Position numbers and translations under genes: made by a program
Part shown: in pieces, positions 9,098 to 18,758 of the stretch
How the letters are laid out: every line of letters begins with the position of its first letter
How positions within the stretch are numbered: position 1 is the first letter of the stretch
The notes under the pieces: generated by a model
Databases searched by the model: none
Told to the model about the DNA's origin: nothing
Seen by the model: the letters and a program-made list of their open reading frames with translations, nothing else
Assembly (NCBI GenBank): GCA_937858895.1
Contig: CALLZN010000288.1
Coordinates: 6,074-70,073, forward strand
Direction of reading: 5' to 3'
Source: an uncultured bacterium
GTDB taxonomy: Bacteria > Planctomycetota > UBA1135 > GCA-002748355
Length of the DNA stretch: 64,000 nt

Positions 9098-11388
9098 GGC
9101 TCGATATGCACGTGGATGGTGTTGGTGAAACCGACGGGCTGCGCAAGCTTGTCGAAGACGAGACAGGCATGGACGTAGTCGAGCCCCCGCAAGGCGGGCA
9201 GATTCGGGATCGTGTACGACGAGCGCCCCCGGCCGCTCGAGTTGAGCGGAATCGTCGTCAACGTCTGCAGACTGAGTTGTAGCAACGGATCCACCGTCAT
9301 GGGCAGGAAGAGCGACTTCGCCCCGAGTGAAATCGCTCTTCCCGGCGCGGGCGCACCTGAAAAGAGCAAGAGCGCAACGCCGCCATGTCCACGGGCATCG
9401 TCGAGCGTAAGCTCGCAACGCTCACCTGGTGCGAGGTATTGATGAAACTGCTGCGCGTGTTCTCCCCAGAATGTTGGGGCGCCGAAGCTCAGCATGAAAT
9501 ACTCGCGATTCGTATGGCCCATGATGTGCATGTAGAAAGCGACACCGACATCTCGGTTCGTGTCGTAGCCGGCCGCCACGGGACGGTTATAGTTATCGGT
9601 GCTCGCCGAGACCGTCACCTTTTGCCATGTCGTACCGTCCCAAGCCCAAACATCCTCGGCACCTGGCGCGATCGGCGTGCCGCCGCCGACCAGATAGGTC
9701 TTCCGATGCGCAACGTGGTAGAACATTTTGTGGCCTGTGCGCCAGGCCGGGCCTGAGGCGCCGACCGGTTGACAGGTCCATTGAGATCCATCCCATTCGC
9801 AGACGTCCGGGGGGCTTGTCGTGCCGAAGAGGACGATTCGATCGCGATGAGAGTCGTACACGACCGCGAATTCGCTACGGTTCGGCAGAGCACCCGCTGG
9901 CAAGGAATGCCAGCCTTGTGCATCCAAGAACCAAAAGTCGATGCCACCGGCATTGCTGTTCGCAATATACACAAGCCGTCTTCGCTTCGAGTCGTAGACA
10001 AAACTGGAATAACTTGTTACAGCTGGTGGCGAGAGCTTGGACTTCAACTCCGCCCACGTGCCGTTCGACCATTCCCACGTGCGTGGCGTCGATGGCCATG
10101 ATGCATGGGCAACGATCACCTTGCGTCCTGGATCGTAGGCCAAGTGGAGTCCACTGATCGGCAAATCCTTGATATCGGGAACATCGACAATACGATCGCC
10201 ACTCAGCATCTCGAAATGCCCTGGAACGTTCACACCCCCCCCCCACTTGTGCAGGATCCAGGCATCGTGAAGCGGCGAGAATACGTCCTGGTAGCGATAT
10301 CCGAGACTGGAGCTATGGCCGACAATCGCAGTCCCCAGCTTCGTCCACTGCAACTCCCCAGAAGCTGATTGCGCCAAGCTCCACAAGGACGAATCGTCAC
10401 CCGCGATCGGGCCATCAAAATGCAGGATGCCGGACGGAATCGAACACACGTTGGCCCAGGATGCGCGGGGCGTTGGACCAGCCGCGAAACGCGTGACCTT
10501 CGACCAATCCTTGCCGGCCCAAATCCAGACGTCGTACTGACGAGTCTTGTATTGCTCACTGCCGATGGCGAGCAAGTCGCCGGATGGCAGGCGACCGAGC
10601 TCAACAGAGTCCCAGTTGAGTACAGGAGTCGTGACGGCCGTCCTGAGCTTCGACCACTGGCCAAATCGCCATTCCCAAGTATACGCGTCCGCCTGCGCCC
10701 CTCCATCGAAGCCTGCAAGGACGACGATCGACTTCCGCCGTGGGCTATAAACAGCCGCATGGAGCGCTCGTGGACCGGGATCCAGGGTTGAAGCTGCGAG
10801 TCTCCACGCGGTGCCATTCCAGATCCAGGTGTCGCGCGAGGCCAGGGCTGGATAGCGAGTCGGCCCCACGACCGTTCCGCCGCCGTACATGACGATTTCG
10901 TTCCGCGACTCATCGAGCGTCATGCTCTGATGCCAAAGTCCCGGAGGACGTGGGCTCGACAGCGCAATGCGCTCCCACTTCCGACCGTCCCAGGACCACA
11001 TGTCGTCGAAGACCTTGCTCCCATCGCTGCCCCCGAAGAGCACGACTGCCTTGCGCACGGGATCCCACGCCATGGTCGCCCCACTCCGTCGACCCGGGTT
11101 CGGGACCGGGTACTTAGCACGCCAATCCCGCGCACCATCGCCGAGCTCCCAGGTTGTCTGCATGGGCAGGAACCACAAAGTGCCGGCGCGTGCGTTGAAT
11201 TGGCCGCCGTACATGACGGTTACCTTGCGCAGCGGATCGTAAGCCATCGCCGCGCCCCAGCGCGGAATCAGCGCAGCCACGGGCGCCTCATAGACTTCCT
11301 GAGCCTGGACGAAGCGCGTCGTCACCAGGCACAGCAAGAAGCAGAGCATCCAGCGCAGGCGAGAACTCACTTTACGTTGACCAGGCAT
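9094..11388 (-). CDS. Secreted Kelch-repeat beta-propeller protein
   Basis: Signal peptide MPGQRKVSSRLRWMLCFLLCLVTTRFVQAQ. Repeated Kelch-like units (VTVMYGGQFN, VVLFGGSDGSKVFDDMWSWDGRKWERI, IVMYGGG, IVLFG). Lower GC than the flanks. Confidence 0.8.
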   Translation of the reverse strand: MPGQRKVSSRLRWMLCFLLCLVTTRFVQAQEVYEAPVAALIPRWGAAMAYDPLRKVTVMYGGQFNARAGTLWFLPMQTTWELGDGARDWRAKYPVPNPGRRSGATMAWDPVRKAVVLFGGSDGSKVFDDMWSWDGRKWERIALSSPRPPGLWHQSMTLDESRNEIVMYGGGTVVGPTRYPALASRDTWIWNGTAWRLAASTLDPGPRALHAAVYSPRRKSIVVLAGFDGGAQADAYTWEWRFGQWSKLRTAVTTPVLNWDSVELGRLPSGDLLAIGSEQYKTRQYDVWIWAGKDWSKVTRFAAGPTPRASWANVCSIPSGILHFDGPIAGDDSSLWSLAQSASGELQWTKLGTAIVGHSSSLGYRYQDVFSPLHDAWILHKWGGGVNVPGHFEMLSGDRIVDVPDIKDLPISGLHLAYDPGRKVIVAHASWPSTPRTWEWSNGTWAELKSKLSPPAVTSYSSFVYDSKRRRLVYIANSNAGGIDFWFLDAQGWHSLPAGALPNRSEFAVVYDSHRDRIVLFGTTSPPDVCEWDGSQWTCQPVGASGPAWRTGHKMFYHVAHRKTYLVGGGTPIAPGAEDVWAWDGTTWQKVTVSASTDNYNRPVAAGYDTNRDVGVAFYMHIMGHTNREYFMLSFGAPTFWGEHAQQFHQYLAPGERCELTLDDARGHGGVALLLFSGAPAPGRAISLGAKSLFLPMTVDPLLQLSLQTLTTIPLNSSGRGRSSYTIPNLPALRGLDYVHACLVFDKLAQPVGFTNTIHVHIEP

Positions 11389-13799
11389 GTCTGCATGTTC
11401 TTCTTGGACAAGTTGGGGCGCGGCTCAGCGTCAGAGTATTCGATCGAATAGCGGCTCGCCTGTGTCGCCCCCGTCGGCTTGAGAGTTGCATAGGCGTTCG
11501 CTCCGTGTGTTCCTCGGCACCACGAATCGTAATTAACGATCAAGGACTGGCCCGCCACGAACGGCGACGCCGAACCGAGAAACAACCATGGCTTCCCCTC
11601 GTAGGTTGTCGGATGCAACAGTGCATCGAGCCACACGAACTTCTGGTTACCTGTCCCCGCTCCTCCTGGATTCGGATCGGGACTTATCGGGTAAACATAG
11701 AGATTCCCATTGACGATCGGCCCTTCGATAGCATCGAAGTAGCGCCAGAACGGATTGCTAGGATGGTAGATCGGGTTGACGATCGACCACCATGGATGGA
11801 CATCAGGCAGTAGATGCGGCGTAACGTCTGCAACCGTTGGATAAGACTGCGACCCCACGTGACGGTAACCCGTGGCGGCGGGCCTCGCAAACGCCCAATT
11901 CGACTGCCAGGTTGTGTCTGGAGCTGTGGCAAGGTCCACGTAGCGCGGCCTTGCCTGGAGATCCGGACCGCCACCCGCAAGGCTGTCGGGAACACCGATG
12001 AACCAGACGTATTTGTTGTCCATCTCGACCGTAATTGGACCAGGCGGATCCATAGTTTCTGCAGCCCTCGAATGAAACCGTGTCGTTCCAAAGCGATAGC
12101 CGGTCACAAGCAACTGTCCCAATTCATCCGCTCCGATATCGATCTTTCCATATGGATTCGAAGGGTTGTAACTCGGATGATCGGACTCTCGAGGATTGCC
12201 AAAGCCCTCACAATCGCTACTCCAGGAATGAAAGATCCACTGCTGCTCCTGCGTCGCAATCCAACCCGGCGGAACAGTGAACAGGCGCCCATTCGCCATC
12301 GTGAACGGCAGATCCGAGAGCCCTGCATCGACGAGCGGATTCAAAATCGTCGGCGGAGCATAAGCAGACTCGTTGGTAGCAACCGCGGGTGACAAACGGA
12401 AGTCATGAGCGGAGCCGTCGAACTCAGTCGCCGGCTTGAATATCGGGGGTGAGACCTGCTGTCCCGCGTAGATCAAGTCACGCACAAACAAGGTCCCCCG
12501 GCGCCCAGAAATCTCATTCCCCTTGCGCACGTAGTCGCGAACATCAATGCCAGGCATCGCAGGACTCGCGTTGCGCGCGAGGGTTACCTTATTGCCGAAC
12601 AATCCGTTGAGCAATGCTAGAGTCGTCATACGGTTGTAGCGACCGGAAGAGTACGCGTTGAAGTCCCGAGCAGGCATCACACTTGTCACGGTCAGATCAT
12701 CGGCATCCACACCTTCGAAGTCTGAGCACAAATTGGCGTTTATCACACCAAACGGCACTGGATTATTACCGACAAATGCCGGTTCCTGAGCGCTATCAAA
12801 TACATTATTGACGAGCGTGAGCCGCGAGACACCGCAACTATTCGGCTCCAGTGGGTCATACTGCCCATTCCAGATACCTAGACAATTTCCTGCGAACGTA
12901 TTATTGACAATGATCGGCTCGTGCGATACGAACGGAACTTGGTCACTCCTAGAAGCGTCAACAAATATTCCGTACGCATTGTAGAGAATCATGCAGTTCG
13001 TGATCGTCGGAACGCATTTTCGGCTTCTCGTCAGGAGGATGCCTGAAGTATTGTACGGCTGCGTGCCGTCCATCGCACCCAGAATTGCTACGCGGTCGAT
13101 AGTCGTATTTTCTCCGGTACACGCGATGTTGCGCTGCTTCCCGACAACAGTCCCAAAGTTCACAAGCTCACCAAACTGAACAATCGAGGAGCCTCCAGCG
13201 GCATGCGCGTCCAGATAGGTATTCAGCGCACTTGTGCCCTTCAACGTAAAGTTGGGTGGTATGCAAATCGGGAGCACCTCACCATTTGAATGAACGCCAT
13301 TATGGTTATAATAGCTCGGCGTTGGCATCGTGTTTGACCCAGAAGTCTGGGGGCCATATCTCCCCGGGAGCAAGTGTATGATGGCATGCTCGAAGATATA
13401 CTTTCCATCATTCGATGTATATGGAAGCGGCGAACCGCTGGTCTTCGTGCTTTCGTCGACAATAAAGTCGATCGCGGCCTTGATCGTGTAGAACGGCCAC
13501 GGATAGTGGTAGAGACAGTCGTTCGTCGATGGGTGAACCCAATCGACCGGCATGCGGAGATTGGGCTGCCCGGACTGCGCACCGGACTTCGGGTTCAGGT
13601 TTCGCGCCTGGGCATCGTCGCCGTAGTGCGGATCGACCCAAACTTGGATCACGCGGCCGAGCGGCGGCAGGCTCACCTGTGCGATGCTACGCCCGCAGCA
13701 GAGGCTGACGACCAGACAGGCAGCGAGAATGCACCACGCGTGAGTGCGTGAGTGCGTGAGTGCGTGAGTGCGTGAGTGCGTGAGTGCGTGAGTGCTCAT
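11367..13799 (-). CDS. Secreted right-handed parallel beta-helix repeat protein
   Basis: ATG at 13797-13799, with GAGG 6 nt upstream and a TTGACA-17-TTATCC promoter. Signal-like AWCILAACLVVSLCCGRSIAQ. Beta-helix-type repeats (NCMILYNAYGIFVD, IIVNNTFAGNCLGIWNG, LTLVNNVFDSA). Many A/T-ending codons, which is atypical for this window. Confidence 0.7.
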   Translation of the reverse strand: MSTHALTHSRTHALTHSRTHAWCILAACLVVSLCCGRSIAQVSLPPLGRVIQVWVDPHYGDDAQARNLNPKSGAQSGQPNLRMPVDWVHPSTNDCLYHYPWPFYTIKAAIDFIVDESTKTSGSPLPYTSNDGKYIFEHAIIHLLPGRYGPQTSGSNTMPTPSYYNHNGVHSNGEVLPICIPPNFTLKGTSALNTYLDAHAAGGSSIVQFGELVNFGTVVGKQRNIACTGENTTIDRVAILGAMDGTQPYNTSGILLTRSRKCVPTITNCMILYNAYGIFVDASRSDQVPFVSHEPIIVNNTFAGNCLGIWNGQYDPLEPNSCGVSRLTLVNNVFDSAQEPAFVGNNPVPFGVINANLCSDFEGVDADDLTVTSVMPARDFNAYSSGRYNRMTTLALLNGLFGNKVTLARNASPAMPGIDVRDYVRKGNEISGRRGTLFVRDLIYAGQQVSPPIFKPATEFDGSAHDFRLSPAVATNESAYAPPTILNPLVDAGLSDLPFTMANGRLFTVPPGWIATQEQQWIFHSWSSDCEGFGNPRESDHPSYNPSNPYGKIDIGADELGQLLVTGYRFGTTRFHSRAAETMDPPGPITVEMDNKYVWFIGVPDSLAGGGPDLQARPRYVDLATAPDTTWQSNWAFARPAATGYRHVGSQSYPTVADVTPHLLPDVHPWWSIVNPIYHPSNPFWRYFDAIEGPIVNGNLYVYPISPDPNPGGAGTGNQKFVWLDALLHPTTYEGKPWLFLGSASPFVAGQSLIVNYDSWCRGTHGANAYATLKPTGATQASRYSIEYSDAEPRPNLSKKNMQTCLVNVK
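13738..13795. repeat. 8-bp tandem repeat: TGAGTGCG on the + strand, CGCACTCA on the coding strand. Six full units plus partial units.
   Basis: Read directly. 13741-13788 is six perfect TGAGTGCG units, followed by TGAGTGC. It encodes M-S-(THALTHSR)x2-THA at the N-terminus of the 11367..13799 gene. Confidence 0.95.
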
Positions 13800-13826
13800 G
13801 GTGTGCCTCGATCCCGGGAACTCGCA

Positions 13827-13855
13827 GGATAACGGGTGGGCGACGACCCTGTCAA
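13827..13855 (-). promoter_or_regulatory. Sigma70-like promoter of the beta-helix/Kelch operon
   Basis: On the minus strand: TTGACA (13850-13855), a 17-nt spacer, then TTATCC (13827-13832). This lies about 28 nt upstream of the ATG at 13799. Confidence 0.45.
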
Positions 13856-14069
13856 CTGCCCTTCGGGGGCTGTCCGGTTCCGAGCGTCCCTCGTCACGCC
13901 GATTCAGCCTCCATGATGTCGATGGTTCGCGCGCAGCAACTAGCATTGTGCGCGCATCCGCAGCGACGACTACGTAGCGCAACCTCGACCGAACCGGCGC
14001 TCGATGCTCGGGCACCTATCGCCTTAGGAACCGCGTGCTTCATCATCGAATCAGCTCAACGGCCAGATC

Positions 14070-14873
14070 TCAGTCGTCGCTGCGCTGCCCGAGGCGCGCG
14101 AAGGTGCGGTCCGTGTCGTGGTAGAAGAGGACGTAGGCGCCTTCGACCGCAGAACGACGCAAGAGGTCCGTGCGCGTCGCGAGGGCGAGCTCGGGGTCCT
14201 GGTCAGCCATGCGATCGACGCGAGGCTCGAGGAAGCGCGCGGTCGGCACGAGGTCGGCCGCGTAGAGGGCTGTAGCGCGCGCGCCGCGCAGCCATACCGC
14301 GACGAGGCCCTCCGTGTGCCCCGGTGCGAGCTCCACTTCGACGCGCGGGCCAGCGGCCTCGCCGAAGACCACGCCACGGTCGGGCAAGAAGGTCGGCAGG
14401 CCTGCGAGCGCGCGCTCCATGCGAAGCGCGAGGTCGCCGCCGCGACCTTCGCGCAGGGCCGCTTCCCACTCGACGCTGTGCACGTGGTGCTGCGCGCGCG
14501 CGAAGCGCAGCTCCGCGCTTCGTGACGGATCGCACACAGATCCAGCGAGAACGCCGGCCGCATGGTCGAAGTGCAGGTGCGTCAGCAACACATGGTCGGG
14601 CCCGTCCACGAGGCCAAGACGACGGCACTGGTCTTCGAGGGGCTCGGGATCGCGCAGCGCGAAGCGCTCGCGCCGCCGCGGGTCCGCCGGGCCAAAGCCC
14701 GGGTCGATGAGGCAGGACCAGGTGGCGCTGCGAACGAGCACGGGTCGCACCGCGAGCTCGAGGGCTAGGCGCTTCCCGGGTCGCTCGTAGGTGAAGGCCA
14801 GACTGCCGCCGTCGAGGAAGTCGACGCGTAGGCCACCGAGGTCGAGGGTCGAGTGATGGGATCCCTTTGTCAT
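14070..14873 (-). CDS. MBL-fold metallo-hydrolase
   Basis: HxHxDH motif in LLTHLHFDHAAG. ATG at 14871-14873. Confidence 0.8.
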   Translation of the reverse strand: MTKGSHHSTLDLGGLRVDFLDGGSLAFTYERPGKRLALELAVRPVLVRSATWSCLIDPGFGPADPRRRERFALRDPEPLEDQCRRLGLVDGPDHVLLTHLHFDHAAGVLAGSVCDPSRSAELRFARAQHHVHSVEWEAALREGRGGDLALRMERALAGLPTFLPDRGVVFGEAAGPRVEVELAPGHTEGLVAVWLRGARATALYAADLVPTARFLEPRVDRMADQDPELALATRTDLLRRSAVEGAYVLFYHDTDRTFARLGQRSDD

Positions 14874-14920
14874 GGCGGCGCGACCTGCGACGACGCGCTA
14901 CGAGGTTCTCCGACGAAGCG

Positions 14921-16060
14921 TCAGTTGGCGAGCAAGGCCGTCGCGACCTCGAGCCGACAGGCGTCCTCGTCGCCGTGCAGGACGGCGCAGGTCTTGGCAT
15001 CGCGGTAGAGGCGCTCGACGTCGTACTCGGTCACGAAGCCGTAGCCGCCATGGATCTGGATCGCCTCGTCGGCGCAGCGGACCGCGGCCTCACCCGCGAT
15101 GCTCTTCGCGAGGGCGGCGAGGCGCAAGAAGGCACGACCCTCGTCGCAAGCGTGCGCTGCGCTCATCACGAGCTTTTGGGCCGCGACGACGCCTTCGGTC
15201 ATGCGGCCGAGCTTGAGGGCGACGGCCTGCTGTCCGGCCAGCGGCTTGCCGAAGGCCACTCGTTCTTGGCTGTAGCGCAAGGCGCGGCGACAAGCGCTGT
15301 CGCCGAGCCCGACGAGGCAGGCGGCGGCGGCGAGGCGCATCGATGCGAGCGCCAAGTCGGTGATGCGCGTCGCCTCGCTCGCGGTCGCGACCAGCATGCT
15401 GTCGTCGACCTCGAGGCCTTCGACGATCACGCGGCCGAGCCCGGCGTTGCGCAGGCCGAGCGGCGCATCGAGCGCTTCGACTGCAAGGCCACCAGGACGC
15501 CCGCCCGCGGACGCATCGAGGCAATAGAGCCCGGGCGTCGTGCCATCGAGGACGCGCAGGATGAAGACATCGGCGACGTTGGCGTTGATTGCGGGCAGGC
15601 TGCGTCCCGTCACGCGCGCCCCATCGAGCACGAACTCACCGGCGAGGCCGGCGCAGGTCGCGATCTTCTGTCCACTCGCGAGGGCTTCGAGCGTCGCCTG
15701 GAAGCCCGCGCCACCACCCGCGGCCATCGCGCGGTCGAGGATGCGCGCGCCGAGCTCGAGGTGGGCGGCGAGGCTCATCGCCGTCGATGCGCCAGAGGTC
15801 GACAGGGCCTCGAGCGCGAGCACCGCAGCGACTTGGCCCATGCCGGCGCCGCCCCGCTCTTCTGCAACCGTCAAGCCCGGGAAGCCGAGCTCACCGAGGG
15901 CATCGAAGGCCGCGCGCGCGAAGTCCGGGCTCGCGTCGCGTGCCTCAGCGCCTTCGAGGAGGACGTCCTCTGCGAACTTCTGCGCGGTCTCGAGGATCAT
16001 CTCCTGCTCTTCGGTGAGCGAATGGGCGAACTCGGCCGCGACTTCTTTCGATGGGCTCAT
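14921..16060 (-). CDS. Acyl-CoA dehydrogenase
   Basis: C-terminal IQIHGGYGFVTEYDVERLYRDAK signature and an overall ACAD-like sequence. Confidence 0.9.
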   Translation of the reverse strand: MSPSKEVAAEFAHSLTEEQEMILETAQKFAEDVLLEGAEARDASPDFARAAFDALGELGFPGLTVAEERGGAGMGQVAAVLALEALSTSGASTAMSLAAHLELGARILDRAMAAGGGAGFQATLEALASGQKIATCAGLAGEFVLDGARVTGRSLPAINANVADVFILRVLDGTTPGLYCLDASAGGRPGGLAVEALDAPLGLRNAGLGRVIVEGLEVDDSMLVATASEATRITDLALASMRLAAAACLVGLGDSACRRALRYSQERVAFGKPLAGQQAVALKLGRMTEGVVAAQKLVMSAAHACDEGRAFLRLAALAKSIAGEAAVRCADEAIQIHGGYGFVTEYDVERLYRDAKTCAVLHGDEDACRLEVATALLAN

Positions 16061-16115
16061 TGTCTTCCTGCTTCGATACTGACTGTGTCTGCTTCGCTAC
16101 GTGTTGGGCTAGAAC

Positions 16116-16529
16116 TCAGCCGCGCGCTGCGCGTCGCGTGAACTCGGCTTCGATGTAATCCGCGATCTCGTCGGTGCGGCTCCCGGGCCCGAAGAGCTTG
16201 CCGAAGCCCTGCGCCTCGAGCGCCGCCGCATCCTCCTCCGGGATGATGCCCCCGCCGACGAGCAAGACCTCACCCATGCCGTTTGCTTCGAGCAAGCGGC
16301 GGATCTCCGGAAAGAGGTGCATGTGGGCGCCCGAGTGAATCGACAAGCCAACGACGTCGACATCTTCTTGGAGCGCCGCTTCGGCGATCTGGGCCGGGGT
16401 CTGGTGGAGCCCCGTGTAGACGACTTCCATGCCGCGGTCGCGAAGGGCGGCGGCGACGACCTTGGCCCCGCGGTCGTGGCCGTCGAGTCCGGGCTTCGCG
16501 ACGAGAACGCGGATCGGTGTGCTTCTCAT
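16116..16529 (-). CDS. Cobalamin-binding small subunit/domain of an acyl-CoA mutase (methylmalonyl- or isobutyryl-CoA mutase type)
   Basis: [20 protein letters not shown] (DxHxxG B12-binding motif), [23 protein letters not shown] overlap with meaB. Confidence 0.85.
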   Translation of the reverse strand: MRSTPIRVLVAKPGLDGHDRGAKVVAAALRDRGMEVVYTGLHQTPAQIAEAALQEDVDVVGLSIHSGAHMHLFPEIRRLLEANGMGEVLLVGGGIIPEEDAAALEAQGFGKLFGPGSRTDEIADYIEAEFTRRAARG

Positions 16530-17554
16530 CGATGTTCCTCACTTCCCTCTGCGGGACTTCCGTGTTCGGGCCTTGCCTCGGCCAGCGACTCGCTGAGCTT
16601 GCCACGCGCGCGCACGGCAGCAAAGGCGTCGATCCTCGCGAGTAGCGCCGCATGGGCGGCATAGGGCCGTTGCAGGTCGGCCTCGTCGAGCTCCGCCGCG
16701 AAGTCCCCGTCTTGGCCGAAGATGCGCTGCCGCAGCGCCGCTTCGACGAGGCGGCGCACTTGCGCCAGATGCCGCGCGTGACGACGCTCAGCCAAGCGCC
16801 CCTCGCTTCGCAAGCGCTCGAAGCACGCCCCCACGGCTGCAACGACGTCGTCGACCCCTTCACCCGTCGTGGCCGTGCACGCGACAATCGGGATGTCCTC
16901 GCCGTGGCGAAACGGACGAAGCGCGAGCATGTCCCGCAAGTCGACGGCGACCCTGGAAGCGCCGGGCAAGTCGGCCTTGTTGATGACGAAGATGTCAGCG
17001 AGCTCCATGAGCCCGGCCTTCAAGGCTTGGATCCCATCGCCAGCCATCGGACTCAGGACGACGACGACGAGGTCGGTCGCCTCGACGACGTCGTGCTCGA
17101 TCTGTCCGACGCCGACGGTCTCGACGAGGACGTGCGGGAAGCCGAAGGCATCGAGCAAGTCAGCGGCCTCTAAGCTCGCTGCGCAGAGGCCGCCCATGGA
17201 CCCACGCGTCGCCATCGAACGCACGAAGACGCCGGTGTCGAGGACGTGGTCTTGCATGCGCACGCGGTCACCGAGCAAGGCGCCGCCCGTGAAGGGCGAA
17301 CTCGGGTCGACCGCGAGCACGGCCACGCGCTCGCTCGCCTTCCGCAGCGCGGTGATGAGCGCGTTGACGAGAGTCGACTTGCCAGCTCCCGGCGGTCCAG
17401 TGATGCCGATGCGCCGCGCCTGGCCGCGTGCGCCTGCCAACTCGTCGTAGATCGACGGAAACTGCGCTTCGCGGCGCTCGGCGAACGAGAGCAGACGACT
17501 CAGCGCGCGCCGGTCCCCGGCGCGAAAGGCCGAGATCAAGTCTGCCGCGTCCAA
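16526..17554 (-). CDS. meaB: Methylmalonyl-CoA mutase-associated GTPase (MeaB/ArgK)
   Basis: P-loop [17 protein letters not shown], plus [18 protein letters not shown]. There is no in-frame ATG near the 5' end. The TTG at 17552-17554 (or CTG at 17563) sits just after the upstream stop at 17560. The track extension to 17857 was rejected. Confidence 0.85.
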   Translation of the reverse strand: MDAADLISAFRAGDRRALSRLLSFAERREAQFPSIYDELAGARGQARRIGITGPPGAGKSTLVNALITALRKASERVAVLAVDPSSPFTGGALLGDRVRMQDHVLDTGVFVRSMATRGSMGGLCAASLEAADLLDAFGFPHVLVETVGVGQIEHDVVEATDLVVVVLSPMAGDGIQALKAGLMELADIFVINKADLPGASRVAVDLRDMLALRPFRHGEDIPIVACTATTGEGVDDVVAAVGACFERLRSEGRLAERRHARHLAQVRRLVEAALRQRIFGQDGDFAAELDEADLQRPYAAHAALLARIDAFAAVRARGKLSESLAEARPEHGSPAEGSEEHR

Positions 17555-17559
17555 AGTGC

Positions 17560-18723
17560 TCAGCCCAGCACGGAGCGCGCGATCACGAGGCGCTGGATGT
17601 CGGTCGCGCCTTCGTAGATCTCGGTGATGCGCGCGTCGCGCAAAAAGCGCGCGACCGGCGACCTCGCGTCGAGGCCGCCATCGGCGCCGCAGATCTCGAC
17701 CGCGTCGCGCGCCGCCTGGTTGCACATGCGCGAGGCGAAGCTCTTGGCCATGGCCGACTGGGCCGTGCAGTTTTCGCCGAGGTCGCGCAGGTGGGCAGCG
17801 CTCCACGTGAGCAAGCGGGCTGCGTCGAGGTTGGTCGCCATGTCCGCGAGCTTCCAATGGAAGCGTTGTTGGGCAGCCACGTCCTCGTGCTCCCGCACGT
17901 AGACCGCCGTCGCCTCGAGGATGGCGCGCAGGATGCCGAGGCTCTGCGCCGCGATGCCGAGGCGGCCACCATCGAGGGTGTCGAGGGCGATCTTGAAGCC
18001 GACGCCTTCTTCGCCGAGCAGGTTGCCCGCCGGGACGCGGCAGTTCTCGAGGAGGATCTCCGTCGTCGGCGAGCCTCGCAAGCCGAGCTTGACCTCTTTC
18101 TTGCCGACCACGCAGCCCGGGAAGGCCTTCTCGACGAGAAACGCCGAGATGCCGCGCGTGCGGTGCTCACTCGTGCGCGCGAAGACGACGAAGCAGTCGG
18201 CGACGCTGCCGCTCGTGATCCAGAGCTTGGCGCCGTCGAGGACCCAGTCGTCGCCATCGCGGCGCGCGGCGCAGCGCAACGCAGCCGCATCGGACCCAGC
18301 GCCAGCCTCGGAGAGGCAGTAGGCACCGAGCCACTCGCCCGTGGCCATCTTCGGCAGGTACTTGGCCTTTTGCTCTTCGGTTCCGTGCTTGGTGACGGGC
18401 GCGCAAAAGAGCGAGTTGTGCACCGAGACCGTCACGCCGGTCGAAGCGCAGCCGCGGTTCAGCTCTTCGAGCAGGATGCAACCGGCGAGGTTGCTCATGG
18501 CAAGCCCCCCGTACTCGGCGGGGATCGTCATGCGCAGGAAGCCTTCGCGCGCCGCTTTTTGGATCGCCTCTTTGGGGAAGCGCGCCTCGCGATCCCAAAG
18601 CTCGGCGTTGGGCACGAGCTCGCGCTCGGCGAAGTCGTTCGCGCGGCGCCGCAGCTCTTCGAGTTCTGCATCCAGGCGAAAGTCGACGCCCGCGCTGTCC
18701 GTGGTCACGTTGCTCGAGGTCAT
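17560..18723 (-). CDS. Short-chain (butyryl-type) acyl-CoA dehydrogenase
   Basis: MTSSNVTTD... start at the ATG at 18723. C-terminal ITEIYEGATDIQRLVIARSVLG. Confidence 0.9.
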   Translation of the reverse strand: MTSSNVTTDSAGVDFRLDAELEELRRRANDFAERELVPNAELWDREARFPKEAIQKAAREGFLRMTIPAEYGGLAMSNLAGCILLEELNRGCASTGVTVSVHNSLFCAPVTKHGTEEQKAKYLPKMATGEWLGAYCLSEAGAGSDAAALRCAARRDGDDWVLDGAKLWITSGSVADCFVVFARTSEHRTRGISAFLVEKAFPGCVVGKKEVKLGLRGSPTTEILLENCRVPAGNLLGEEGVGFKIALDTLDGGRLGIAAQSLGILRAILEATAVYVREHEDVAAQQRFHWKLADMATNLDAARLLTWSAAHLRDLGENCTAQSAMAKSFASRMCNQAARDAVEICGADGGLDARSPVARFLRDARITEIYEGATDIQRLVIARSVLG

Positions 18724-18758
18724 GCTCTTCTCTTGCGCTCTTCGCTCTTGTAGGTCGA

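Noticed and set aside
13738-13795. Possible CRISPR array or minisatellite.
   Set aside because: The units are 8 bp and contiguous with no spacers, and no cas genes are present. It is a simple tandem repeat inside a coding region.
7312-14069. The lower-GC block as a mobile element (IS, integrative element or prophage).
   Set aside because: No transposase, integrase or phage genes, and no terminal inverted or direct repeats are visible. Only the compositional anomaly is reported.
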